Source: Candidatus Falkowbacteria bacterium
GTDB taxonomy: Bacteria > Patescibacteriota > Patescibacteriia > Patescibacteriales > GWE2-39-37
Assembly: GCA_013336275.1 (NCBI GenBank)
Contig: JAAXUA010000001.1
Span: forward strand, 206,167-270,166
Direction of reading: 5' to 3'
Length of the DNA stretch: 64,000 nt
Part shown: piece after piece, positions 36,106-44,116 of the stretch
Numbering within the stretch: position 1 is the stretch's first letter
How the letters are laid out: every line of letters starts with the position of its first letter
The notes under the pieces: model-generated
The model's database searches: none
What the model saw: the letters and a program-made list of their open reading frames with translations, nothing else
What the model was told of the DNA's origin: nothing
Translations under genes and position numbers: made by a program

Positions 36106-36134
36106 TTGTCAAGAAAATGATAATGTAGTATAAA
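36106..36134 (+). promoter_or_regulatory. promoter TTGTCA-17-TATAAA, 6 nt before the mnmA ATG (leaderless)
   Basis: ttgtca(36106)-17 nt-tataaa(36129)-gcactt-ATG(36141). Confidence 0.5.
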
Positions 36135-36140
36135 GCACTT

Positions 36141-37217
36141 ATGCCAAAAAATAGGAAAAAGATAATAATCTCGATGTCGGGCGGAGTGGATTCTTCGGTG
36201 GCCGCCGCCTTATTGAAAGAGCAGGGACATGAACTGATCGGCATCTTCATGCATTTTTGGGCTGAAGAAAGCCAAAATACGGGCCAGACCAACAAGTGCT
36301 GCTCGGTCGAATCGTTCAATGACGCCCGCCGCGTGGCCAATCAGCTGGGCTTTCCTTTATATACCCTGAATCTTGATGACCAATTCAAAAAAGAGATTGT
36401 TGACGATTTCCTCTTGGAATACCAGCGGGGCAATACGCCCAACCCGTGCGTAGCCTGCAACAAATTCATCAAGTTTGATGCCATCCTGAAAAAGGCTGAG
36501 GAGCTAGGTTTTGATGCCGTGGCCACCGGCCACTACGCCCGAATCGTAGAAAACGACGGCCATCTGCATCTGGCCAGACCCAAAGACCTGAACAAGGACC
36601 AAACCTATTTCCTTTACACCTTGAGCGAAGAGAAACTTAAGAAGATAATTTTTCCTTTGGCCGAGCTGACCAAGCCCGAAGTAAGGGAACTGGCCAAAAA
36701 ATTCGGCTTGACCACAGCTTCGAAGCCCGAGAGTCAGGAAATCTGTTTCGTCGGCTCGAACGACCACAACGATTTCCTTAGACGTCACCTCGACCTCAAG
36801 CCAGGACCGATCGTCACTTTGGACGGACAGACACTGGGCGAACACAAAGGTTTACCGCTTTACACGCTTGGCCAGCGCAAAGGCGTAGAAATCGGCGGCA
36901 TCGGCCCATTCTACGTAGCCGGATTTGATTATCCCAAAAATATCCTGTATGTTACCAGCAACGGCGAAGGTCCGGAGCTTTACCGCGATCAACTCCAAGT
37001 GAACGATATTTCTTGGACCGGCAGCGAACCAGCCTTTCCGTTCGAATGCCAGGCCGTTATCCGTTATCGACACAAGCCTTGCGAAGTCACCATCGACCGT
37101 GCAGGCGATTCATCATATACTGTTCATTTCAAAACACCCCAGCGTGCCATCACGCCAGGGCAAAGCGTAGTCTTCTATCAAGACGATACCGTTATCGGCG
37201 GAGGAATCATAATCTAG
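36141..37217 (+). CDS. mnmA: tRNA 2-thiouridine(34) synthase
   Basis: SMSGGVDSSVAA PP-loop, CCS...DARRVA, NPCVACNKFIKF. Confidence 0.95.
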   Translation: MPKNRKKIIISMSGGVDSSVAAALLKEQGHELIGIFMHFWAEESQNTGQTNKCCSVESFNDARRVANQLGFPLYTLNLDDQFKKEIVDDFLLEYQRGNTPNPCVACNKFIKFDAILKKAEELGFDAVATGHYARIVENDGHLHLARPKDLNKDQTYFLYTLSEEKLKKIIFPLAELTKPEVRELAKKFGLTTASKPESQEICFVGSNDHNDFLRRHLDLKPGPIVTLDGQTLGEHKGLPLYTLGQRKGVEIGGIGPFYVAGFDYPKNILYVTSNGEGPELYRDQLQVNDISWTGSEPAFPFECQAVIRYRHKPCEVTIDRAGDSSYTVHFKTPQRAITPGQSVVFYQDDTVIGGGIII

Positions 37218-37238
37218 CGACCAGTCCAGGAGGGAAAG

Positions 37239-37421
37239 ATGCCACTAAGTCCATACTGCTCAGGCAATCAAGTTGCCACACCTAAACCGAGCTGCACCTG
37301 TCATCTTTATTCCAAATCAGATGAGTTGATCCACCATACCTGCCCGGTGTGCGGACCGACTCACAACGGCGGCACTATGCGCCAATCTTCCAACGAAAGG
37401 GGGTGTTCTACTTGTTCATAA
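37239..37421 (+). CDS. Cys-rich 60-aa protein (7 Cys; CxC, CPVC and CSTC motifs)
   Basis: AGGAGGgaaagATG SD lies 21 nt after the mnmA stop. A terminator follows downstream. Sequence: MPLSPYCSGNQVATPKPSCTCHLYSKSDELIHHTCPVCGPTHNGGTMRQSSNERGCSTCS. Confidence 0.5.
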   Translation: MPLSPYCSGNQVATPKPSCTCHLYSKSDELIHHTCPVCGPTHNGGTMRQSSNERGCSTCS

Positions 37422-37472
37422 CCAAATGGATGCTGCGTGGACCCACGCACTGTAAAGAAGGCTGCTGAACCG

Positions 37473-37518
37473 GGGCCGGCAATCTACCGCAAGGATGATT
37501 GACCGGCCCTCTTTTTTT
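37473..37518 (+). terminator. rho-independent terminator
   Basis: gggccgg...(23-nt loop)...ccggccc followed by tcttttttt. Confidence 0.6.
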
Positions 37519-37541
37519 ATTTTAATAATAAATTGGCGGCA

Positions 37542-37615
37542 GCCCAGCCTCGGTATTAAATTTTAATGCGCATACGTACTCGTCTAAGCAGGAAAATTTA
37601 ATACCGAGGCTGGGC
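37542..37615. repeat. foldback element copy 2: 23-bp perfect stem around the conserved 28-nt loop
   Basis: Arms gcccagcctcggtattaaatttt / aaaatttaataccgaggctgggc. Loop aatGCGCATACGTACTCGTCTAAGCAGG. Followed by gtttt. Confidence 0.75.
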
Positions 37616-37640
37616 GTTTTAAATTACCAAAGCATAATCC

Positions 37641-37668
37641 TTGAAAAAAATGCGAAAATCAGTATAAT
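37641..37668 (+). promoter_or_regulatory. alaS promoter TTGAAA-16-TATAAT
   Basis: ttgaaa(37641)-16 nt-tataat(37663). Implies an SD-less leader of about 23 nt. Confidence 0.6.
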
Positions 37669-37697
37669 TAATTTATTCTTATTACCAAACCAAAAAT

Positions 37698-39560
37698 ATG
37701 ACCGCCAACGAACTTAGGCAGAAATATCTCGATTTCTTCAAATCAAAAGGCCACTCAATCATTCCGAGCGCCTCATTGATGCCGGAAAATGACCCGACAG
37801 TACTATTTACCACTGCCGGCATGCATCCGTTGGTGCCATACCTGATGGGCGAGAACCATCCAGGCGGGACGCGCGTCGCCGACGTACAGAAATGCATCCG
37901 CACCGGCGACATCGACGACGTAGGCGACAATCGCCATCTGACTTTTTTTGAAATGTTAGGCAATTGGTCGTTCGGCGACTACTTCAAAAAAGAGGCTATC
38001 AGCTGGAGTTGGGAATTCCTAACTTCCAAAGAATGGCTCGGCCTCGACCCAAATCGCTTATACGTCACCGTCTTTATGGGCAATGACGACTCGCCAGTAG
38101 ATGAAGAATCGATCGGCGTCTGGCAAGAACAGTTCGCCAAGTTCGGCATCAAGGCCGAGGTCTGTCCTTATGGAGAGAAGATTGCCGGCAATCCTGCCTA
38201 CCGCATCTTCACCTTGCCTGCCAAAGACAACTGGTGGGGACCGGCCGGCGAGACAGGCCCATGCGGCCCATGCTCCGAGATGTTTTATGACGTCCGACCA
38301 GCAGAAGGCGCGCTCGAACTGACCTTCGACGAAGAGGTCGACCGCTTCCGTATCATGGAAATCTGGAATGATGTCTTCATGGAATTCAACAAAGTAGCCC
38401 CCGGCCAATTCGAGAAACTATCACAAAAGAATGTCGACACTGGCATGGGACTCGAACGTACCATCACCGTCCTGACCGGCAAACAGAGCGTCTTCGAGAC
38501 CGACATCTTCAAAACCATATTCGCCAAGATTGAAAGCCTGACCGGCAAAACCTATGGCGCAGACGAAAAAGATGACAAAGCCATGCGCGTCATCGCTGAC
38601 CACCTCAAAGCTTCAACCTTTATAATCGGCGACAACAAGGGGGTGACTCCATCGAACAACGCACACGGCTACGTCGTGCGACGCCTCTTGAGGCGCGCTA
38701 TGCGTTACGGACGCCAGCTCGGCCTGATCAATCAGATTTGGATCAGCGAGGTTGCCAAGGTAATTATCGCCGATTTTGCCGACATCTACCCGGAATTAGC
38801 TAAAAATAGCGACTTTGTTTTGGCCCAACTCAGCGAAGAAGAGGAAAAATTCAGCAAGACTCTGGAAAACGGCTTGAAAGAGTTTGAAAAGCTCAAAAAC
38901 AAGACCCAGATTGCCGAAAGGCTGATTGACGGCGTCGACGCCTTCAATCTATACCAGACTTACGGCTTTCCTTTGGAAATCACCAAAGAACTGGCAGCCG
39001 AAGCCGGCTTAACCATCGATGAAGCAGCCTTTAACCAGGAGCTGGAGAAGCATCAGGAACTTTCACGCACCGCTTCAGCTGGAATGTTCAAGGGCGGTTT
39101 GGCTGATGCCTCGGACGAAACCAAGAAACTTCACACCGCCGCTCACTTGATGTTAGCCGCCTTACGCCAAGTTTTGGGAGACCACATCCAGCAAAAGGGC
39201 TCAAACATCACCGCCGAGCGCCTGCGCTTCGACTTTTCTCATCCGGACAAGATGACCCCCGAACAAATCGCTCAGGTCGAGGCCATCGTCAATAAGAATA
39301 TCGCTGATGACCTGCCGGTAGGCTACCAGGAGATGACCCTGGAGGAGGCCAAGGCCATCGGTGCAACCGGCGTTTTTGAGTCTAAATATGGAGAAAAAGT
39401 GAAGGTTTATACCGCCGGCGAGGGAGCTAATATCGCCAGCCGGGAGATCTGCGGCGGCCCTCATGTTGACAGAACTGGAATTTTAGGTAAATTTAAGATA
39501 CAGAAAGAAGAAAGTTCGTCTTCTGGCGTCCGCCGTATCAAAGCGGTACTGGAACAGTAG
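37698..39560 (+). CDS. alaS: alanyl-tRNA synthetase, short form lacking the C-Ala domain
   Basis: N-terminal LRQKYLDFFKSKGH..LFTTAGM. Editing-domain HTAAHLM...CGGPHV. 620 aa versus about 870 in E. coli. Confidence 0.92.
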   Translation: MTANELRQKYLDFFKSKGHSIIPSASLMPENDPTVLFTTAGMHPLVPYLMGENHPGGTRVADVQKCIRTGDIDDVGDNRHLTFFEMLGNWSFGDYFKKEAISWSWEFLTSKEWLGLDPNRLYVTVFMGNDDSPVDEESIGVWQEQFAKFGIKAEVCPYGEKIAGNPAYRIFTLPAKDNWWGPAGETGPCGPCSEMFYDVRPAEGALELTFDEEVDRFRIMEIWNDVFMEFNKVAPGQFEKLSQKNVDTGMGLERTITVLTGKQSVFETDIFKTIFAKIESLTGKTYGADEKDDKAMRVIADHLKASTFIIGDNKGVTPSNNAHGYVVRRLLRRAMRYGRQLGLINQIWISEVAKVIIADFADIYPELAKNSDFVLAQLSEEEEKFSKTLENGLKEFEKLKNKTQIAERLIDGVDAFNLYQTYGFPLEITKELAAEAGLTIDEAAFNQELEKHQELSRTASAGMFKGGLADASDETKKLHTAAHLMLAALRQVLGDHIQQKGSNITAERLRFDFSHPDKMTPEQIAQVEAIVNKNIADDLPVGYQEMTLEEAKAIGATGVFESKYGEKVKVYTAGEGANIASREICGGPHVDRTGILGKFKIQKEESSSSGVRRIKAVLEQ

Positions 39561-39707
39561 ACGGCCAATTAATGTGAATAATTCCACAGTTGCCTTTCGG
39601 GCGGCTGGAGGAAAAGACTTGAATAGGGGATTAATGACCCGTTAATTTGGTTTAAAATTACTAATGTTAGCAAATTAATAATTTGCCTTAATTTTTAGCC
39701 AAGAGCC

Positions 39708-39736
39708 TTGACATCATGATGCATTGCATATATAAT
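39708..39736 (+). promoter_or_regulatory. consensus sigma-70-type promoter TTGACA-17-TATAAT upstream of infA
   Basis: ttgaca(39708-39713), 17-nt spacer, tataat(39731-39736). About 92-nt AT-rich leader. Confidence 0.7.
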
Positions 39737-39834
39737 TATTTTGCAATTGATTAGATTAGATCAATATTTTTAGCTTAATCCAATCTACCAATTTTTGGTA
39801 AAGTTAAGTCTTGCCAAAATTTTTTGTTTATTAA

Positions 39835-40083
39835 ATGAAACATAGAGACAGAGCACAGCCAGAACAGAACAGCTCCAAGGACTTCATCGAAACCGAAGGT
39901 GAGGTTTTGGAATTATTGCCAGCAGCCACTTTCAAGTTAGCGCTGGCCAACGGCCACGAAGTCTTAGCCCACCTTTCCGGGAAGATGCGGATGAACAAGA
40001 TCCGCCTATTGCCAGGAGACCGGGTCAAGCTTGAAATGAGCCCCTACGATCTGACCAAGGGTCGGATCACCTACCGTTTATAA
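39835..40083 (+). CDS. infA: translation initiation factor IF-1
   Basis: S1-like fold sequence: [61 protein letters not shown]. Confidence 0.92.
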   Translation: MKHRDRAQPEQNSSKDFIETEGEVLELLPAATFKLALANGHEVLAHLSGKMRMNKIRLLPGDRVKLEMSPYDLTKGRITYRL

Positions 40084-40095
40084 TTATCCCCATTT

Positions 40096-40209
40096 ATGAA
40101 AGTAAGAGCATCTGTTAAAAAAATTTGTAAGGACTGCAAAACTATCCGCCGCAAGGGCAGGGTGTGCGTCGTCTGCAAGAACCCCAAGCACAAACAGCGA
40201 CAGGGGTAG
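40096..40209 (+). CDS. rpmJ: ribosomal protein bL36
   Basis: [37 protein letters not shown] (37 aa). Translated by hand because it is below the ORF-track cutoff. Confidence 0.9.
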   Translation: MKVRASVKKICKDCKTIRRKGRVCVVCKNPKHKQRQG

Positions 40210-40234
40210 TTATTTATTTATTACCTAAGAATTT

Positions 40235-40627
40235 ATGGCAGTTAGAATCGCCGGAGTCACAATTCCTAATGATAAACGTGTAGAGGTCGCCCTGACCTAT
40301 ATTTACGGTATCGGTTTGACCAAGTCCCAGAAGATCCTGGGCCAGACCAGCGTCAGCCCTGACGTCCGCGTCAAGGACCTGACCGATGAGCAGGTCAACA
40401 AGATCCGCAATCTGATCGAGAAGCAGAACAAGGTTGAAGGCGATTTGCGACGCGAAGTATTGAGCAACATCAAGCGCCTTAAGGATATCGCTTCTTATCG
40501 CGGCTCCCGCCACGCCAAGGGCTTGCCATTACGCGGACAGCGCACCAAGACCAACAATCGGACCACTCGCGGCAACGCCCGCAAGACCATGGGTTCCGGT
40601 CGCGCCAAATCTGCCCAAAAGACCTAA
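40235..40627 (+). CDS. rpsM: ribosomal protein uS13
   Basis: [27 protein letters not shown]...[21 protein letters not shown]. Confidence 0.95.
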   Translation: MAVRIAGVTIPNDKRVEVALTYIYGIGLTKSQKILGQTSVSPDVRVKDLTDEQVNKIRNLIEKQNKVEGDLRREVLSNIKRLKDIASYRGSRHAKGLPLRGQRTKTNNRTTRGNARKTMGSGRAKSAQKT

Positions 40628-40651
40628 TCTTTGTTAAAAACGAATTATTTT

Positions 40652-41260
40652 ATGTCTGAAGAGAAGACTAACAATCAAGAAACCGCTGACGAGACTCCAG
40701 TTACGCCAGCAACCGACGACACCCAGAATGACAATGCAGCGGGTGAAATTTTCTCATTCCGTGACGACAAGTCCAATGACAAAGTTGTCCGCGTAGTCCA
40801 CGGCCAGGCCGAGGAATTGCCGGATAGCGTCAAGAAGATCCTGGAAAAGCGCAAAGAGAAGGCTGAAGGCAAAGGTGCCAAGAAGAAAGGCAAGAAAAAG
40901 AAAGTCGACAAGAAGGTCAGCGTCGGCAAAGCCTTCATTAAGGCCACCTATAACAATACTATCATCACATTGGCTGACAATACCGGAAACGTTATCAGCT
41001 GGGCAAGTGCCGGCGTAGCAGGCTTCAAGGGTCCGAAGAAATCGACCCCTTACGCTGCTTCGATCATCACTCGCATCGCTGTCGAACGCGCCAAGGAATA
41101 CGGTCTTGAAGAAGTCGGAGTCTACGTCAAAGGCGTCGGCACCGGCCGCGAGTCCGCTATCCGCGCTTTGAACGCCAGCGGCTTGACCGTCAGCTATATC
41201 CGCGACATCACCCCGATCCCGCACAATGGCTGCCGCGCTAAGAAACCGAGACGCGTTTAA
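40652..41260 (+). CDS. rpsK: ribosomal protein uS11 with an N-terminal extension of about 75 aa
   Basis: Core [28 protein letters not shown]...[17 protein letters not shown] prefer ATG 40652 to TTG 40631. Confidence 0.92.
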   Translation: MSEEKTNNQETADETPVTPATDDTQNDNAAGEIFSFRDDKSNDKVVRVVHGQAEELPDSVKKILEKRKEKAEGKGAKKKGKKKKVDKKVSVGKAFIKATYNNTIITLADNTGNVISWASAGVAGFKGPKKSTPYAASIITRIAVERAKEYGLEEVGVYVKGVGTGRESAIRALNASGLTVSYIRDITPIPHNGCRAKKPRRV

Positions 41261-41283
41261 TCAATGAACTTACTTGAATAAAT

Positions 41284-41913
41284 ATGGCAAGAAACCTAGA
41301 TCCAAAATGTAAACAGTGCCGCCGCTTAGGGGATAAGCTTTTCCTCAAGGGTGAACGTTGCAATAGCGCCAAGTGCGGAATCGTCAAGCGCAATTTCCCG
41401 CCTGGAGTCCACGGCTCAAAAGGCCGCACCCGCCAGACCGAATTCGGCCTGCAGCTGGCTGAGAAGCAGAAAGCCATGAAGGAATACCGCATGCTGGAGA
41501 AGCAATTCCATCTGACCTTCGAAAAGGCTCAGGAGCAGTCCGGCGATACCGGCGAGAACTTCCTGCGCATGCTCGAGTCACGTCTGGATAACGTCGTCTA
41601 CCGCCTGGCTTTCACCGAGTCACGCGACAAGGCCCGCCAGCTGGTCAATCATGGCCACTTCACCGTCAACGGCAAGACTGTTACTATTCCTTCTTTCATA
41701 GTCAAAGTCGGCGACATCGTTGCCATCAAGGAATCTAGCAAGAAAGCCAAAGTCTTCGCCAACCTGAGCGAGAAGGTCAAGAAGCAGTCCATCCCTGGAT
41801 GGCTGAACCTTGATGCCGCCGTCTTGTCTGGCAAAGTGCTGAATCTGCCGAAGAAAGATGATTTAGCTCTGAATCTGAATCCGCAAATGATTGTCGAATT
41901 CTATTCTCGCTAA
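41284..41913 (+). CDS. rpsD: ribosomal protein uS4
   Basis: MARNLDPKCKQCRRLGDKLFLKGERC...LESRLDNVVYRL...GHFTVNGK. Confidence 0.95.
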   Translation: MARNLDPKCKQCRRLGDKLFLKGERCNSAKCGIVKRNFPPGVHGSKGRTRQTEFGLQLAEKQKAMKEYRMLEKQFHLTFEKAQEQSGDTGENFLRMLESRLDNVVYRLAFTESRDKARQLVNHGHFTVNGKTVTIPSFIVKVGDIVAIKESSKKAKVFANLSEKVKKQSIPGWLNLDAAVLSGKVLNLPKKDDLALNLNPQMIVEFYSR

Positions 41914-41938
41914 AACATAAATTATATAAAAAGCAACT

Positions 41939-42757
41939 ATGGAAAAAATTGCCTTGCCACAAAAAATTAAAATCGAGAAAGGTGAGCAACCGAACCAGGA
42001 GATCGTTACGATCGAACCTTGTTTTCCGGGTTATGGCATCACTTTAGGCAATTCCTTGCGTCGCGTCCTGCTGTCTTCGCTTCCGGGCGCAGCAGTCATC
42101 GGCGTAAAAATCGAAGGCGCTGACCATGAATTCATGACCGTCCCGCACGTCAAAGAAGACGTCCTGGAAATCATCATGAATCTGAAGCAGCTTCGCCTCA
42201 AGGTCCATAGCGATCAGGTCATCAAACTGCAATTGAATGTCCATGGCGAGAAGGTCATTACTGCTGCCAATATCGAGGCTAACAGCGAAGTCGAGGTCAT
42301 CAACAAGGACCTACTCATCGCCAATATTACCGATATGGCTGGCAGCCTGAAGATGGAAATCTCCGTCCAGGCCGGCCGCGGTTATGAGACCATCGAGAGC
42401 CGCGAGAAAATCAAGCACGAAATCGGCTACATCGAGATCGATTCGGCCTATTCTCCTGTCATGAATGTCGGCCTGCAGGTCGAGAATGTCCGCGTCGGCA
42501 AGATGACCAACTGGGACAAGCTGGTAATGACCATCATCACCGATGGCACTATCACTACTGAGCAAGCATTTACTGATTCTGTAAATATTTTAATCGAACA
42601 GTTCGGCGCTTTATTGGCCGCACCAGCCGCAAAGAAATCAGAAGCTGCCGTTTCCGAGGAAGAGGCAACCCAAGATGAGGCGGAAGAAGAGTCGGAAGAC
42701 GAAGATGGTGACGAGCAAGAATCCAAGAAGAAGCGCGGACGACCAAAGAAGGGCTAG
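41939..42757 (+). CDS. rpoA: DNA-directed RNA polymerase alpha subunit: N-terminal domain only, plus an acidic tail and an AT-hook
   Basis: LGNSLRRVLLSSLPGAAV and other NTD sequence up to about aa 228. It then runs APAAKKSEAAVSEEEATQDEAEEESEDEDGDEQESKKKRGRPKKG. Total 272 aa. Confidence 0.9.
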   Translation: MEKIALPQKIKIEKGEQPNQEIVTIEPCFPGYGITLGNSLRRVLLSSLPGAAVIGVKIEGADHEFMTVPHVKEDVLEIIMNLKQLRLKVHSDQVIKLQLNVHGEKVITAANIEANSEVEVINKDLLIANITDMAGSLKMEISVQAGRGYETIESREKIKHEIGYIEIDSAYSPVMNVGLQVENVRVGKMTNWDKLVMTIITDGTITTEQAFTDSVNILIEQFGALLAAPAAKKSEAAVSEEEATQDEAEEESEDEDGDEQESKKKRGRPKKG

Positions 42758-42784
42758 TCCTTCGCTAGTTATTAATGCACTACT

Positions 42785-43135
42785 ATGAGGCATCGCAACA
42801 AAAATAAAATACTTGACCGTGCTAAGGCACCCCGCGAACTGATGTTACGGAACCTGGCCTCTAGTATTATCATTTATGAAAAGGTCAAGACTACCGAGGC
42901 TAAGGCCAAGGCTGTCAGGACTTTGCTTGATCGCATGATCACCGTAGCCAAGGCTGGCGATCTGACCGCACGCCGCCGCTTGCTGGCAACCCTGCCGCAG
43001 ACTTTGGCTGCCAAAAAGGCTATCGAAGTGTTGGGCGAACGCTATAAGGAACGTCCGGGCGGATACAGCCGCATCGTAAAGCTTGGCGCTCGCCAAGGCG
43101 ATGGCGCCGAAATGGTTCAGATCGAACTGGTTTAA
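42785..43135 (+). CDS. rplQ: ribosomal protein bL17
   Basis: MRHRNKNKILDRAKAPRELMLRNLASSII..EKVKTTEAKAK. Confidence 0.93.
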   Translation: MRHRNKNKILDRAKAPRELMLRNLASSIIIYEKVKTTEAKAKAVRTLLDRMITVAKAGDLTARRRLLATLPQTLAAKKAIEVLGERYKERPGGYSRIVKLGARQGDGAEMVQIELV

Positions 43136-43148
43136 ATTCATCATTCAT

Positions 43149-43511
43149 ATGGCCACACCAAAAGTAGAACGAAAAATCCATAATATCGACGCCACCGGCA
43201 AAGCCGTAGGACGTTTGGCTACCCAGATCGCCCTCTTGCTTCGCGGCAAGCACAAGCCTGAGTTCCAGCCGCACCTTGACCTTGGCGACATCGTCGAAGT
43301 CAAGAATATCGATCAGCTGTCATTCACCGGCAAGAAGGTTGAACAGAAACTGTACTATCGCCATTCGCAGCACCCAGGCGGTCTGAAAGTAACCCAGATG
43401 AAGAATTTGAAAAAAGATAATCCGGCCGATATCCTGAAGCGGGCTGTCCGCGAGATGTTGCCGCCGATCAAGAAGCGCCCAGACCTAATGCGTCGCTTAA
43501 TAATTCGCTAA
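43149..43511 (+). CDS. rplM: ribosomal protein uL13
   Basis: Start at ATG 43149 (MATPKVERKIHNIDATGKAVGRLATQIALLLRGKHKP...). The track ORF from 43083 overlaps rplQ. Confidence 0.9.
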   Translation: MATPKVERKIHNIDATGKAVGRLATQIALLLRGKHKPEFQPHLDLGDIVEVKNIDQLSFTGKKVEQKLYYRHSQHPGGLKVTQMKNLKKDNPADILKRAVREMLPPIKKRPDLMRRLIIR

Positions 43512-43524
43512 TTACTCCTTGACT

Positions 43525-43986
43525 ATGACCGAACCAAAGAAAAAAACCGAAGCAGTGAAGGAAACCAAGAAGGCTGCTGCTCCTGCTACCCAGTTCAAGG
43601 GGCGATATATCGAAGCCGTCGGCAAGCGCAAATCGGCGATTGCTCGCGTCCGTCTCTACCAGAAGGGCGAAGGCATCATCACCGTCAACGGCATGACCCT
43701 CGAGGAATATCTGACACCGACTTTTTCCAATATTTCACTTGTCCCATTGAAACTGACCAGCCACACCAAGGACCTGAATTTCTCCGTCCTAGTCTCAGGC
43801 GGTGGCAAGAAAGGCCAGGCTGATGCGATCCGCCACGGCATTTCCCGCACCCTGATCGAACTGGAAGCAGCTCTGCGCCCAACCTTGAAGGCCAAGGGCC
43901 TCCTGACCCGCGATTCCCGCATCAAGGAACGCAAAAAGCCAGGCTTGAAGAAAGCTCGCAAAGCTCCGCAGTGGGCCAAGCGCTAA
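43525..43986 (+). CDS. rpsI: ribosomal protein uS9
   Basis: GKRKSAIARVRL...GGGKKGQADAIRHGISRTL...RDSRIKERKKPGLKKARKAPQWAKR. Confidence 0.93.
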   Translation: MTEPKKKTEAVKETKKAAAPATQFKGRYIEAVGKRKSAIARVRLYQKGEGIITVNGMTLEEYLTPTFSNISLVPLKLTSHTKDLNFSVLVSGGGKKGQADAIRHGISRTLIELEAALRPTLKAKGLLTRDSRIKERKKPGLKKARKAPQWAKR

Positions 43987-44019
43987 ACGAACAGTATACA
44001 CCTCTTTGTATATACCAAC

Positions 44020-44055
44020 AAATAACCTCCGACACGCTCGGAGGTTATTTGTTTT
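44020..44055 (+). terminator. rho-independent terminator ending the ribosomal-protein operon
   Basis: 13-bp stem aaataacctccga / tcggaggttattt, 5-nt loop, then gtttt. Confidence 0.88.
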
Positions 44056-44116
44056 AATGGCTGGATTTTTCGCTTAAATAAGGTATAATACACCTAGGCC
44101 CGGCTTGGGCTTTTTG

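Noticed and set aside
36020-36131. AGGAGG followed by a TTG-initiated 32-codon ORF in the CAP-gene to mnmA spacer.
   Set aside because: It uses a non-ATG start and has no conservation evidence. The region is better explained by the mnmA promoter and a possible minus-strand sRNA. It cannot be supported as coding.
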